A stretch of 64,000 bases of DNA from Mobula hypostoma (taxonomy: Eukaryota). Each line of letters starts with the position of its first letter. The first letter of the stretch is position 1. Shown here in pieces: positions 1 to 11,604 of the stretch. Under the pieces are notes generated by a model. The model was given only the letters and a program-made list of their open reading frames with translations. It did not search any database and had not been told where the DNA came from. Both the position numbers and the translations under genes were made by a program. The stretch lies in the NCBI RefSeq assembly GCF_963921235.1, contig NC_086108.1, forward strand, positions 92,630,001 to 92,694,000, given 5' to 3'.

Positions 1-23
1 GGATTTGGTATGTCAGCTAAAAC

Positions 24-352
24 ATAGAACATAGAAATCTACAGCACATTACCCAGCCCTTCAGCCCATAAGGTTGTGCTGACCATGTCACCTACTCTAG
101 AAACTGTCTGGAATTTCCCTACCGCATAGCCCTTTAATTTTCTAAGCTCCATGTACCTAACAGTCTCTTAAAAGACCCTATTGCGTCCTTCTCCACCATC
201 GCTGGCAGTACATTCCACCCACCCACCACTCTCTTTGTGAAAAACTTGCCTCTGACATCCCCCTTGTACCTACTCCCAAGCACCTTAAAACTGTTCCCCC
301 TCGTGTTATCCATTTCAGCCCAAGGAAAAAGCTTCTGGCTATCCACACGACC
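24..352 (-). mobile_element. CR1-type LINE 3' fragment
   Basis: ORF 134..385 (RVDSQKLFP...GKFFTKRVVGGWN...SFKRLL) is the CR1 ORF2 C-terminus; (ttctatg)n-type tail at the left end. Confidence 0.85.
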
Positions 353-644
353 AATACCACAAATTTTTTTGCTGAACGATATCATATTTTGTAAAACAAG
401 TACTATTATGTCTGTAGAGCATTACGAAATTTAATTCAACCCATTGACTACATTGTACTTTGTTTTAAACAAATGGGTTCAGAACATCTTGAACTATTAT
501 GGAATTACGTACAAAGGACCATCAAATACATCTAAATTAATTAGTACTATGCAAAAACTTAGACAAACTTCTATAGATTCACAGTGGAGAGTATGCTTCT
601 ATTTATCTGTTGGCATACACTTCAGAAAAGGCTGTTCCAGCCCT

Positions 645-770
645 TTGGAGCTGTGCTGCCCTGCCTAATCACAGGACAATTTAAATTAACCAGCTAACCT
701 CCCAACCGGTATGTCTTTGGACTGTGGGAGGAAACCAGAACACTGGGAGGAAAGCTGCATCCAGCAACTC
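645..770 (-). mobile_element. Degenerate V-SINE/HE1-like SINE fragment
   Basis: atgtctttggactgtgggaggaaaccagaac is the reverse complement of the SINE body seen at ~14275-14480. Confidence 0.5.
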
Positions 771-850
771 TGAATTCTGAGGGAGTTAGAGTTTGATGAG
801 GGACATGCCTAGAAGCTCTTCAACCTGAGGAGCAAGCAGTCTCTCTGAAA

Positions 851-968
851 CACACACAAAACATCGACTCTCTATTCCTTTCCAGAGATGGTGTCTGACC
901 TGCTGAGTTACTCCAGCATTTCTTGTGTATACTCTGGGTTTCCAGCATCTGCGGAATCTCTCGTGTTT
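851..968 (+). mobile_element. Miniature PLE terminal insertion with 13-bp TSD
   Basis: PLE 3' end plus tail (...tttccagcatctgcggaatctctcgtgttt) flanked by AGTCTCTCTGAAA at 838-850 and 969-981. Confidence 0.8.
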
Positions 969-1438
969 AGTCTCTCTGAAAGCTTCATTTGAAATGTGCT
1001 GCATGAGGTTTTGTTTGTTGATGTCATTACTTACTGGGAGCTGGAATGCCCCAGCAGACTCCGATAAAAGAAAAACTATTGTTGCTGTTGGAAGCTATTG
1101 GATAAATATTTGCAAAAAAAGGATTTATAAAGAATGGAGGGCAGCTTGAATTTCAGACAAATCCATATCACCCTTTCATCTGGTGAAAATTAACCTGTTT
1201 TAATGATAATGTTCTATTGAAAATCTATACCTGTTCTAAGGGTACTCAAGCAGAAAGTAGAGCAAGAAATTATATGAAAGGTGCCTTGTGATTTCTGCAA
1301 CATCCATTCGTTGTAGTGAGTGTGAAAGTTTCGGAGTGAGATTTATAGAGCATATGGTTGACAGACAGCACCAAAATTTCCGTGTATTACATAAGTACAG
1401 TTTGCCTTCTTTTGTACATTGGTGAGCCTTTGTCTGTT

Positions 1439-2545
1439 TAGAAACATAGAAAACCTACAGCACAATACAGGCCCCTTCAGCCCACAAAGTTGCGCCGAAC
1501 ATGTCCCTACCTTAGAAAGTACTAGGCTTACCCATAGCCCTCTATTTTTCTAAGCTCCATTTACCTATCCAAAAGTCTCTTCAAAGACCCTATTGTATCC
1601 GCCTCCACCACCATTGCCAGCAGTCCATTCCACGCACTCATCATTCTCTGAGTAAAAAACTTACCCCTGACATCTCCTCTGTACCTACTTCCCAGCACCT
1701 TAAACCTGTGTCCTCTTGTGGCAACCATTTCAGCCCTGGTAAAAAGCCTCTGACTATCCACACGATCAATGCCTCTCATCATCTTATACACCTCTATCAG
1801 GTCACCTGTCATCCTCCATCACTCCAAGGAGAAAAGGCTGAGTTCACTCGACCTGTTTTCGTAAGGCATGCTCCCCAATCCAGGCAACATCCTTGTAAAT
1901 CTCCTCTGCACCCTTTCTATGGCTTCCACATCCTTCCTGTAGTGAGGCGACCAGAACTGAGCACAGTACTCCAAGTGGGGCCTGACCAGGGCCCTATATA
2001 GCTGCAACATTACCTCTCAGCTCCTAAGTTCAGTTCCACGATTGATGAAGGCCGTACGCCTTCTTAACCACAGAGTCGACCTGCGCAGCTGCTTTGAGCG
2101 TCCCATGGACTTGGACCCCAAGATCCCTCTGATCCTCCACACTGCCAAGAGTCTTACCATTAATACTATATTCTGCCATCATATTTGATCTACCAAAATG
2201 CACCACCTCACACTTATCTGGGTTGAACTCCATCTGCCACTTCTCAGCCCAGTTTTGCATCCTATCAACGTCCCGCTGTAACCTCTGACAGCCCTCCACA
2301 CTATCCGCAACACCTCCAAACTTTGTGTCATCAGCAAACTTACTAATCCATCCCTCCACTTCCTCATCCAGGTCATTTATAAAAATCACGAAGAGTAAGG
2401 GTCCCAGAACAGACCCCTGAGGCACACCACTGGTGACCAACCTCCACGCAGAATATGACCTGTCTACAACCACTCTTTGCCTTCTGTGGGCAAGCCAGTT
2501 CTGGATCCACAAAGCAATGTCCCCTTGGATCCTATGCCTCCTTGT
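1439..2545 (-). mobile_element. 5'-truncated CR1 LINE (RT region to 3' end, frameshifted)
   Basis: ORFs 2030..2602 (SGVPQGSVLGP, KFADDTK), 1819..2010 and 1561..1812 are consecutive CR1 ORF2 segments. Confidence 0.92.
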
Positions 2546-3114
2546 ATATAGTTTATAAGGTTTATATATAGTTTTCCATGCCTGTAAGAAAATTAATCTC
2601 AAGTTAACATATAGGTCCTATGATAATAAATTTACTTTGAACTTTGATATTTAATTATAGTGAGGAGGGGCCATGGTGAAGTGTTTACTTATGAGAAGAG
2701 ATGGAAAGGGAGGGTGATGACAGAAGGAGCTAAGAAGGTGGGACTGCTATGCTTCTTGTGTGCGCCCTACTGATATGGTGAACTGAGACCAAGGCTTGGG
2801 CCTACTCTGGGGACTCGGACCTAAGGACTCAATTTGGTTCTGAATGCTGTTGTTCACTTATATTGTTTATATGGTTTGTGTTTCTTTTCTCTTCCTCTGT
2901 GCACTGGGTGTTAGTATTTTTTTAAAATTGGGTTTTTTGCTTTGTGGAAGCAGACAGGTCTCAAGGTTGTGTAATTTGTACATTCTTTGATAATAAATGT
3001 ACTTTGAATTTGAATAAAAAGAAAGGTAGCTGAAAATGGTTAGTGTGATGTAGGGAGAGACTCAGGTGGGTGAAGAGTTGAAGGAAGAGGATAGTTACAG
3101 GACAAGAGCATTTC

Positions 3115-3216
3115 TATGCGTGCGTATGTGCTTGCATGCGAGTGAGTGAGTGTGCATGTACGTGTTTGTGTATATGTGTTTGTATGCACAGTCTGTAATC
3201 TTTTGGCCTGTGTGCA
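3115..3216. repeat. Degenerate (TG)n-rich simple repeat
   Basis: tgcgtgcgtatgtg...gtgagtgagtgtgcatg...tgtgtgca. Confidence 0.6.
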
Positions 3217-3218
3217 TA

Positions 3219-3759
3219 CACTCAGTGGCCACTTTATTAGGTACCTCTGCTCCTTAATGCAAATATCTAATCAGCAAATCATGTGGCAGCAACTCAGTGC
3301 ATTAAAGCATGCAGACATAGTCAAGAGCTTTAGTTGTTGCTCAGACCAAATATCAGAATGAGGAAGGAGTGTGACCCAAGTGACTTTGATGGTGGAATGA
3401 TTGTTGATGCCAGATGGGGTATTCTGAGCATCTTAGAAACCACTGATCACCTGGGATTTTCATGTACAACAGTCTCTTAAAGTTTACGGAGAATGGTACA
3501 AAAAAATCCTGTGAGTGGCAGTTCTGTGGGTGAAAACGCCTTGTTAACGAGAAAGGTCAGAGGAGAATGGCCAGACTGGTTCAAGCTGGCAGGAAGGCGA
3601 CAGTAACTCAAGTAACCATGCGTTCCAACAGTGATGTGTAGAATGCACAGTACATTGAACCTTGAAGTGGATAGTCTACTGCTGTAGAAGACCAGAAACA
3701 TACACCTATTGGCCACTGTTTTAGGTAAAGGAGGCATCTAATAACATGGCCACCGAGTG
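3219..3759 (+). mobile_element. Non-autonomous Tc1/mariner element (MITE)
   Basis: TIRs cactcagtggccactttattag / ctaataacatggccaccgagtg, TA on both flanks (3217-3218, 3760-3761). Confidence 0.85.
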
Positions 3760-5086
3760 TATGTATTTGCAGCTGAGGTTGAGGTCCGCAGATTAGGGGT
3801 TCATCTGGATGTGATCTTGATCTCGGTTGCTCTCTGTGTGGAACTTGGATACTCTCTCTGTGACCAGTGGTGTGGTGTTCCTCCAAGTACCTGGTTGCCT
3901 TTCTGTGTGCTGGTTGGTAGGTTAATTTTGGTAGATTAATTGCTCACTGTAAGTTGCAGCTAGTGTACCTGGATGCAATGAGAATGAGACGGCGGTATCG
4001 AAAGGGTTAATGAGCACGTGAGAGAGAATGGATTACGGGAATTTGATAGATATTTTATCGATCCCAAAGGAAATTACAGTGTCACAGTAGCATTACAAGT
4101 GTACAGATACAAATATTAGAAGAGAAGTAGAAAGAATAAAAAATAAGTTACCTCAAACAGCTGAACAGGAGGGGGTAATTACTCCTCGGCTGTAGGTTGA
4201 CTCATTATAGACGCAAAGAATAACCTCATATAGCGCTCTTTGGAGCAGTGCAGTTGTTTTGGTGTATCCCTAAAAGTGCTCCTCTGCTCAGCCAAGGTGG
4301 CATGCAGAGGGTGAAAAACATTGTATAGAATTGGCAGGATTTTCCATAGGGTTTTGTTTTACCACAAACTCAGTGTGTCCAGTTTGACTCCTATAACAGA
4401 GCCAGCCTTTCTAATCAGTTTATTGAGCTTGTTGGCATCACTAGTGTTGATGCCATTGCCCAAGCTCACCACCACAAAGAAGATTGTACTGGCAACAACA
4501 GACTGGTAGAGCATCTGAAGGAGAGGCCTGTTTACTCCAAAGGACCTCAGTCTCCTCAAGAAATAGGTGACTCTGGCCCTTCTTGTACACAGCTTCTGTG
4601 TTGGAGCCCCATTCAAGTCTGTCATCCAGGTGCATCCCAGGTACCTGTAGAACCTCACTATCAATAGTAACAGAGAGCAGTGCAGGCTTAGTCTTCCTAA
4701 AGTCCATCACCATCTCCTCTGAGCTGCAGATAATTCAGCTTGCACTATTTGACAAAGTCCTCCACCAGGACCCTGTATTCATCCTCCCATCCTCCTTTTA
4801 TACACCCAACTATCGCTAAGTCATCAGAGAATTTCTACAGATGACATGACTCAGTGTTGTGTTTAAAGACCAAGGTACATCAGGTAAACAGAAAGGAAAC
4901 CAATACATTCCCCTTTGAGGCCCCAGTGCTGCTTTTGGCTCTGAGGCTGCGCATACTGTGGTCTGCCAGTCAGGTAGTCTGTTATCCAGGATACAATGGA
5001 AGAACCAATCTGCATTGAATGGAGCTTTTCCCCCAGCAATGAAGGATGTATGCTATTGAAGGCATTGAGAAATCAAAAAAACATGA

Positions 5087-5610
5087 CGGCCTCCTCTACT
5101 GTAAAGATGAAGCCACACTCAGGTTGGAGGAACAACACCTTATATTCCGTCTGGGTAGCCTCCAACCTGATGGCATGAACATTGACTTCTCTAACTTCCG
5201 CTAATGCCCCACCTCCCCCTTGTACCCCATCTGTTATTTATTTATTTATATACACACATTCTTTTTCTCTCTCTCCTTTTTCTCCCTCTGTCCCTCTGAC
5301 TATACCCCTTGCCCATCCTCTGGGTTTTCCCCCCCTCCCCCTTTTCCTTCTCCCTGGGCCTCCTGTCCCATGATCCTCTCATATCCCTTTTGTCAATCAC
5401 CTGTCCAGCTCTTGGCTCCATCCCTCCCCCTCCTGTCTTCTCCTATCATTTTGGATCTCCCTCTCCCCCTCCCACTTTCAAATCTCTTACTAGCTCTTCC
5501 TTCAGTTAGTCCTGACGAAGGGTCTCGGCCTGAAACGTCGACTATACCTCTTCCTAGAGATGCTGCCTGGCCTGCTGCGTTTACCAGCAACTTTGATGTG
5601 TGTTGCTTGT
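5087..5610 (+). mobile_element. PLE 3' fragment (GIY-YIG C-terminus and pLTR), subfamily A
   Basis: Near-identical to 17599-18120; encodes LLYCKDEATLRLEEQHLIFRLGSLQPDGMNIDFSNFR. Confidence 0.9.
5507..5544 (+). ncRNA. Minimal type I hammerhead ribozyme motif
   Basis: tagtc-CTGACGA-agggtctcggcct-GAAA-cgTC-gacta: intact core boxes, stem I tagtc/gacta, palindromic ACGT stem III. Confidence 0.75.
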
Positions 5611-6044
5611 CTTCAACTTCTTTTTCCACCATGAAATAAAGTGATCTGTTAATTAATAGTTGCAACTCCTCTCTTTCTACTGTTAGGGCAATATGAATAA
5701 TAGACTTGATCTATCCACTCGCTTTTTAATTTTTTGTGTCCTATGTCTCCTAAATGTGTTTCTTGTAATAGAGCTATAGAGCAATTAAGTTTTTTCAAAT
5801 GAGTTATTATTTTTTTCCTTTTAACGTGGTGATTGATTTCATTAATATTATAACTAATCATGTTCAAAGTGGCCACGATACAATATATCACTTAGTACAT
5901 CATCAACCCCCTCCCACCTTCAACCAAACCTGGCATTTTTATAGTATAATAACTAAAAAACTTGTGATTACCTGCCAATGCCTAGAGGACTATTTACAAA
6001 AGAATATAACTCATAAAACACAACAAAACCAAACAAGACTATAA
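5611..6044 (-). mobile_element. L1-clade LINE fragment (start of ORF2 AP endonuclease)
   Basis: ORF 5649..5891: ISYNIN...KRKKIITHLKKLNCSIALLQETHL...SRKRGVA, typical N-terminal L1 APE motifs. Confidence 0.8.
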
Positions 6045-6703
6045 GGTGATGTGGCCTTTTATATATTGGCGAGACCCGACGCAGACTGGGAGACCGCTTT
6101 GCTGAACATCTACGCTCTGTCCGCCAGAGAAAGCAGGATCTCCCAGTGGCCACACATTTTAATTCCACATCCCATTCCCATTCTGACATGTCTATCCACA
6201 GCCTCCTCTACTGTAAAGATGAAGCCACACTCGGGTTGGAGGAACAACACCTTATATTCTGTCTGGGTAGCCTCCAACCTGATGGCATGAGCATTGACTT
6301 CTCTAACTTCCGCTAGGCCCCACCTCCCCCTCGTACCCCAGCTGTTACTCATTTTTATGCACACATTCTTTCTCTCACTCTCCTTTTTCTCCCTCTGTCC
6401 CTCTGAATATACCTCTTGCCCATCCTCTGGGTCACCCCCCCCCCCGTCTTTCTCCCTAGGCCTCCTGTCCCATGATCCTCTCGTATCCCCTTTTGCCTAT
6501 CACCTGTCCAGCTCTCGGCTCTATCCCTCCCCCTCCTGTCTTCTCCTATCATTTTGGATCTCCCCCTCCCCCTCCAACTTTCAAATCCCTTACTCACTCT
6601 TCCTTCAGTTAGTCCTGACGAAGGGTCTCGGCCTGAAACGTCGACTGCGCCTCTTCCTATGGATGCTGCTTGGCCTGCTGCGTTCACCAGCAACTTTGAT
6701 GTA
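6045..6703 (+). mobile_element. PLE 3' fragment (GIY-YIG and pLTR), subfamily B
   Basis: Near-identical to 47538-48185; LYIGET...RFAEH coding segment. Confidence 0.9.
6611..6646 (+). ncRNA. Minimal hammerhead ribozyme motif
   Basis: agtc-CTGACGA-agggtctcggcct-GAAA-cgTC-gact. Confidence 0.75.
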
Positions 6704-9700
6704 TGATGATCGTCACAGTGCTGCCCTGCTTATCCAGATGGGAGTAGGCTCTGTTCAGCAGGTAGAGGACAGCATCATCGACTCCAATGTACTCCTGGTA
6801 GGCAAACTGCAGGGGATCAAGGACTGATCTGACCAGGGGTCAGAGGTGAGCCAGGACCAGCCCCTCTGGGGTCTTCATGATGTGTGAGGTCAGGGCCACT
6901 GGACGGTAGTCATCCAAGACTTTCAGTTGCCCCTCCTTGGGTTGCTCCACTTGGGAAAACACCGTGTGTTTTCCATACTGTCGGAACCCTTTCCAGGCAG
7001 AGACTCTGATTGAAAATGCACTGGAGAACTCCAGACAACTGCTCAGCACACTTTTTCAGGACCTTGGGGTTCACGCCATCCGGTCCTGATGCGTTGCCGT
7101 GTCTGAGTTTCCCCAGGGCCCTTCTCACCTGCTCAGTAGTGAAGGTGAGTCCATGATGACTGGGGAGTTGGTGGAAAGTGGGGGCTGGGGGAGGTGAAGA
7201 TCGGGGCGATAGCAGTTGGTATGTGGAGGTGTGGATGGTAGGTGCAGAGCAAGCAAGAGGTGCAGACTGTAGAAGATAGCCTGTCTGAATGAAGTGGGGG
7301 AATGGGCTCAAATCTGGCTCAGGCAAGATGGGCTGTCTGACCTCCCTCTCTGCCATTAGGAATGTGAAATACGAAACTATCCCTGCCATTGAAAAAATTC
7401 ATGCAGGACATCGCGAACTGGATAGAAGCAAGTTATCCTTCATCCTAATGGAATGAAGAAGAAGATCATTTGTTGAGGTTTATTAATATGTGGACACTTC
7501 GAAAACAAGATTACAATACTTCCATTTGAAAGTAATATACAAAGCCGAAGTAGAAGCTAGGTTATTTACAAATCCAGCTTTTTATGAGTGTTGTGAACTG
7601 TATCTGCATCTTCATGTATCTGAAAAGTTCTTGCTCGTCCTCACTTTCTCAGGGATTCCAGTAATGGAAAGCTGGACCATCCAGACAAATGCTTTTTCTC
7701 CTGGCTTCCTGACAGACTGTGGATTATTGCAGGAGCAGTTTATCTTTGAACAGCAGTTGACAGATCGTCAACTCCAGGTCATAGAGTTGTGGAGAGACAC
7801 AGCACAGAAGCAGGTTCTTTGGCCCACACCAACCATCAAGCTTCCATTTTTACAGTAATCCTGCCTAAACTTATTTAATACCGCCCCCCCCCCCCCCACG
7901 TAGTGTGTTGACTCCTTGTCTCCAGAGTCAAGCAGGCCTGGGCTGTTCTGGAACATAAACTAGAGCTAGCTGACAGCATGCAGCATACATGCTGACTCCA
8001 GGACAACCTTGGATCAGGTTCCAGGCCGGTGGAGACTTCTCTCCCCTGATTTTTGTATCTTTGGTTGTAACTGAGATGCGGCTGTGGGTTCCTCACACCA
8101 TCAGAGTAATTCTGGAGAGGACGAGGACCTAAAATGGGTAACACTCCACCAGCTTGTGAAGCGGAACATCTCGGAAGTCAGAGTCACGCAGCAGTGAAAC
8201 AGGGTTTTCGACCCGCTGAATTTGTGCAGATCGTCAAGCTTGCCAGGAGGAAGTGGATTTGCTGACATTTTTCCTTGCTTGCTGTTCAGAGAGGGGCTTA
8301 CAAAGAAGACTCAGTGAACTGGAGCAACTAACAATGTGCTGCAGGAAATCTGCAGGTCAAACAGCATCTGTTGGGGAAAAGGAATTGTCAATATTTCGGG
8401 GGAGTAAACATTTTCTCTCAGACTCAGTGAACTGTTTACCCTTCCAGGACATCTGCTGACTTCTAGAATTCTTTCCTGTAAATCATTTTTGTAACTTTTA
8501 TTATGTTTTTTTTAACATAGCTCTTGGAGTACCGTGGATGTGTCACTGTACTAGTTCTCAGAGAGCTGGTCAGTGACCGGGCCCAAGTTCCAACTCTGCT
8601 TTGTCAGCTGAGGGACTTACACTCAAGAAATGAAATAAATCTGGAGAAATGCGGTGATCACAAAACTACGGGTGGCCCCTCCGTTTTGGACATTCAGATA
8701 AGGGCATTTTGCCTTTACAGAATTCACAAATTACTACCCAAAATTTGAGATACTGAATAAAATGTATTCTCACAGAATTTGGGTGAAAAAAGTAAAGAAA
8801 TAAATTATCTTTTCCCCAATCTTTGTTTCTTGAAGTATGTGCAATTGATTCAGCTTTACGTGACAGAAAACGATGAATATCTAAGAACACAACCCTCCGT
8901 GTGACACGGGGGTTGCCTGCACTGGATTATGTAAACACAGATTTAATTCACCAATGGCACTCAGGGAAGGTATCTGCTCTGCTTATCCAGAATGAGTTTG
9001 ACGTGGCCCAGCCCAGATCCATGGCAACTTGGTTAAGTGTTAAAAGCTCAGCAAACCAGTTCAAGGACAATTCAGAAATAACAACAGAAATGCTGGAAAT
9101 ACTGTAATCAGCTAATCAGGCAGCATCTCCAGAAAGAGAGACGGTTAACGTTTTTCAGTCTGAGGCCCTTTGTCAGAACTGGGAAAGAGAAAAAACAAGT
9201 TATTTCTCAGTAGCAATGGAAGTGGAGGAGGGTTAAGTGTAACAAAGGGAAAGGGTGAAGCCAAGTGGGTTAATCCAACTGGTAAAGTACGCCACAAGGT
9301 TGGAAACTGGAGATCTGAGTAAATTATGTTCAAGGATATTTTAGCTTAGCTGTAAGTGGTGACCCTTCAACAATACCTGCACCCAGCAAGTGAATGAAAA
9401 CACATTTTTATTAATTTTAAAGATTCTACTCTTAAATTATTTCATTGATTTTGTTTGCAAGAGACAGTATGACTAAAATTTTCAGGTTTGCACTGGCTGC
9501 CATTACGTAATGTAAAAATATAAGGTAATATGGTGGCAATGCTAGAAAGCAGCGACTTCTACAGGGCCAGCCAAAGTGTTGTTGTTCTTTTTAAACATAT
9601 TTGTTACGATTGCAAGACGCTGCTGGACATTAAGAACTTAACTACTGTAGGCCTACCCCATCAGCAAGTTGCTCGTTGGCAGAGAAACTGGAGGAGCTGG

Positions 9701-10668
9701 ACTTGATGCGATTGTGCTGGTGCAGGCGTCAGAGGGGCGTTGGTGTGCCAAGGCAGTGTGCAGTCTTAACAGCGGGTGATTGTCTTAGTCATTTTTCTTT
9801 TGATGGCAAGACCCTGTTGGACATTGGCAATATGGTATTCTGCAAGTCGGACTCTCTGTTTTATTGGCGAACGGCGGGGGAGCTACGTGGCTCGGCCGCA
9901 CTAAAGAATAGCTCTCAAACTTGTTTGTAGTCACTGAGGAGCGAGGCGTCAGAGTCAGTATGCTCCACCAGAGTGCCAGAAATGGTGTAGCACGGTGTCC
10001 ATGCTATAGTCACGCTGTTGTCCCGTGTTCACTCAGCAATACAGAAGATGTATTGTGTTCAACTGCAGACTGCTGCAACGTTCATGGACACAGGGACTTG
10101 GACTTTTTTTTTTGGGTGTGACTATATTTTACTGCTGTCTTCTATGTGCTACTGTATGTGTGCCTTGTGCTGTGAATGACTGTTGGTACAATGTTTTGCA
10201 CTTTGGCCCTGGGGTAACACCGTTTCATTCGGCTGTATTTGTGGGTATTCATGTATGGTTGAATAACAATTAAACTTGATGTATCACATAAGACAGTAAA
10301 GAATACTCTAAGTGAATAGAGGAATCAGGAGCAGGGGTATGCCTGTCAGACTCTCATACCTGGTCCATCATTCAGTAAGATATTGGCTGATCCAGTCTCA
10401 ACCTTCCTCACGTAATAGATTGCAGCATCTATGGCCTTTTGTGTCTCCACTTATCACCTTCTAAACTCCATCTCTACCTCCACCCTCCCTTTCCCTGCAG
10501 TCTTTATCTCCTTATCTGTTTCTACTTATCACCGATCAGTTGCTATTTCCAAACTCTACCTCTCCCCCTTCCCCAGTTCCATCTGCCCATCATCTCCCTC
10601 CTCAACTGCTTCCACCTATCGTCTGCCAGCCTTGCCTCACCCCTCCCTCCCCCTTACACTCTCAGTAC

Positions 10669-11604
10669 TGTTACGTACCCCGTAACTGGGTTGCCAAACC
10701 AGCAGAAATGGATCACTCAGTTGGAGTCTGGATTACTAGAACTAAGAAAGTTTTATTAAAGAAACAAGCAACACAGTAATCGAAAGGATAATAAATGCAA
10801 CAGTTCAGCACACATGTGCACAGAATTAAGATAACAGGATCAATCAAGCTCTATCGTTGACACAAAGTCCAGTTCAATTTAGTTCATTTCGCAGTAATCG
10901 TTGCCATGGCGATGGACAATGTGGGGGGAAGGAGAGAGAACAAGAACGAATGATCATTCGAAATGGCTTCCACACACAGACCTACGATATTGCTCACAAG
11001 CAGCTTTCGGGCGAGTCCTTTGTGATGTCACCTGAGGTCACCGACTGTGACCCCTCCTCCAGATGCGGTCGATCCTCTGCAGTGAACCTGGCACCCCAGG
11101 CAAGGGCGGACACACACTGGGTTCCCGCTGATCGTACCTTTCCACCCTGTGCGTCTAAGGCTGATCCCGCGATCAGCCGTCCAAGAGCTTCCCACCAACT
11201 TGTGGGAGGCGCACCGCTTCCAGGGTCTCGTTACCTTGGGGTGTCGTGTGTGTCCTGCCTTAGCGAACCTGTCCCTTTTTATCCCCCTGCTGGGGTATCG
11301 CCTGTCCATCACTTCAAACAGTTCAGGGTTCAAAGGGGGAGCCGCTCTAGACAGCTCTCTCTCCCGTCCCTTCATTACACATCTCCAGATCGCCTGTCCA
11401 TCACTTCAAACAGTTCAGGGTTCAAAGGGGGAGCCGATCTTGACATTACCCAGACTGATGGCTCCTTCATTAACATCTCCAGATGCTGCTTCATTGTGTT
11501 CCTTATCTCTCCCTCCCCTGAGGACAGGTGGCAGACCAACTGCTGATGCCACTGGTGCTAGCCCAGGCCAGCAAACATCTTAATTTATGTGTATTCTCGT
11601 CACA
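10669..11604 (-). mobile_element. Solo LTR (Gypsy-type), 936 bp
   Basis: Termini TGTTACG...CGTCACA, 4-bp TSD GTAC (10665-10668, 11605-11608), AATAAA on the minus strand near 10752; second copy at 32181-33039. Confidence 0.88.

Larger units (their letters stand above)
4045..7200 (-). mobile_element. Rex1/Babar-like LINE remnant, split by a composite insert at 5087-6705
   Basis: ORFs 4359..4664, 4441..4713 (DFRKTK...LDDRLEW), 6840..7049 (DYRPVALTSHIMK) and 6910..7389 (ASGPDGVNPKVLKKCAEQLS); host sequence aaatcaaaaaaacatga resumes as atgatcgtcacagtg after the insert. Confidence 0.8.

Noticed and set aside
8500..8750. Acceptor-like tttttttaacatag followed by ORF 8524..8748 as a possible upstream ALG14 exon
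   Set aside because: The translation lacks the expected RIPRSREV/SW...PDL motifs of the preceding ALG14 exon and resembles nothing I recognise
10857..11583. 229-aa and 144-aa ORFs
   Set aside because: They lie entirely inside a solo LTR, are not kept open in the sister copy at 32181-33039, and show no protein motifs
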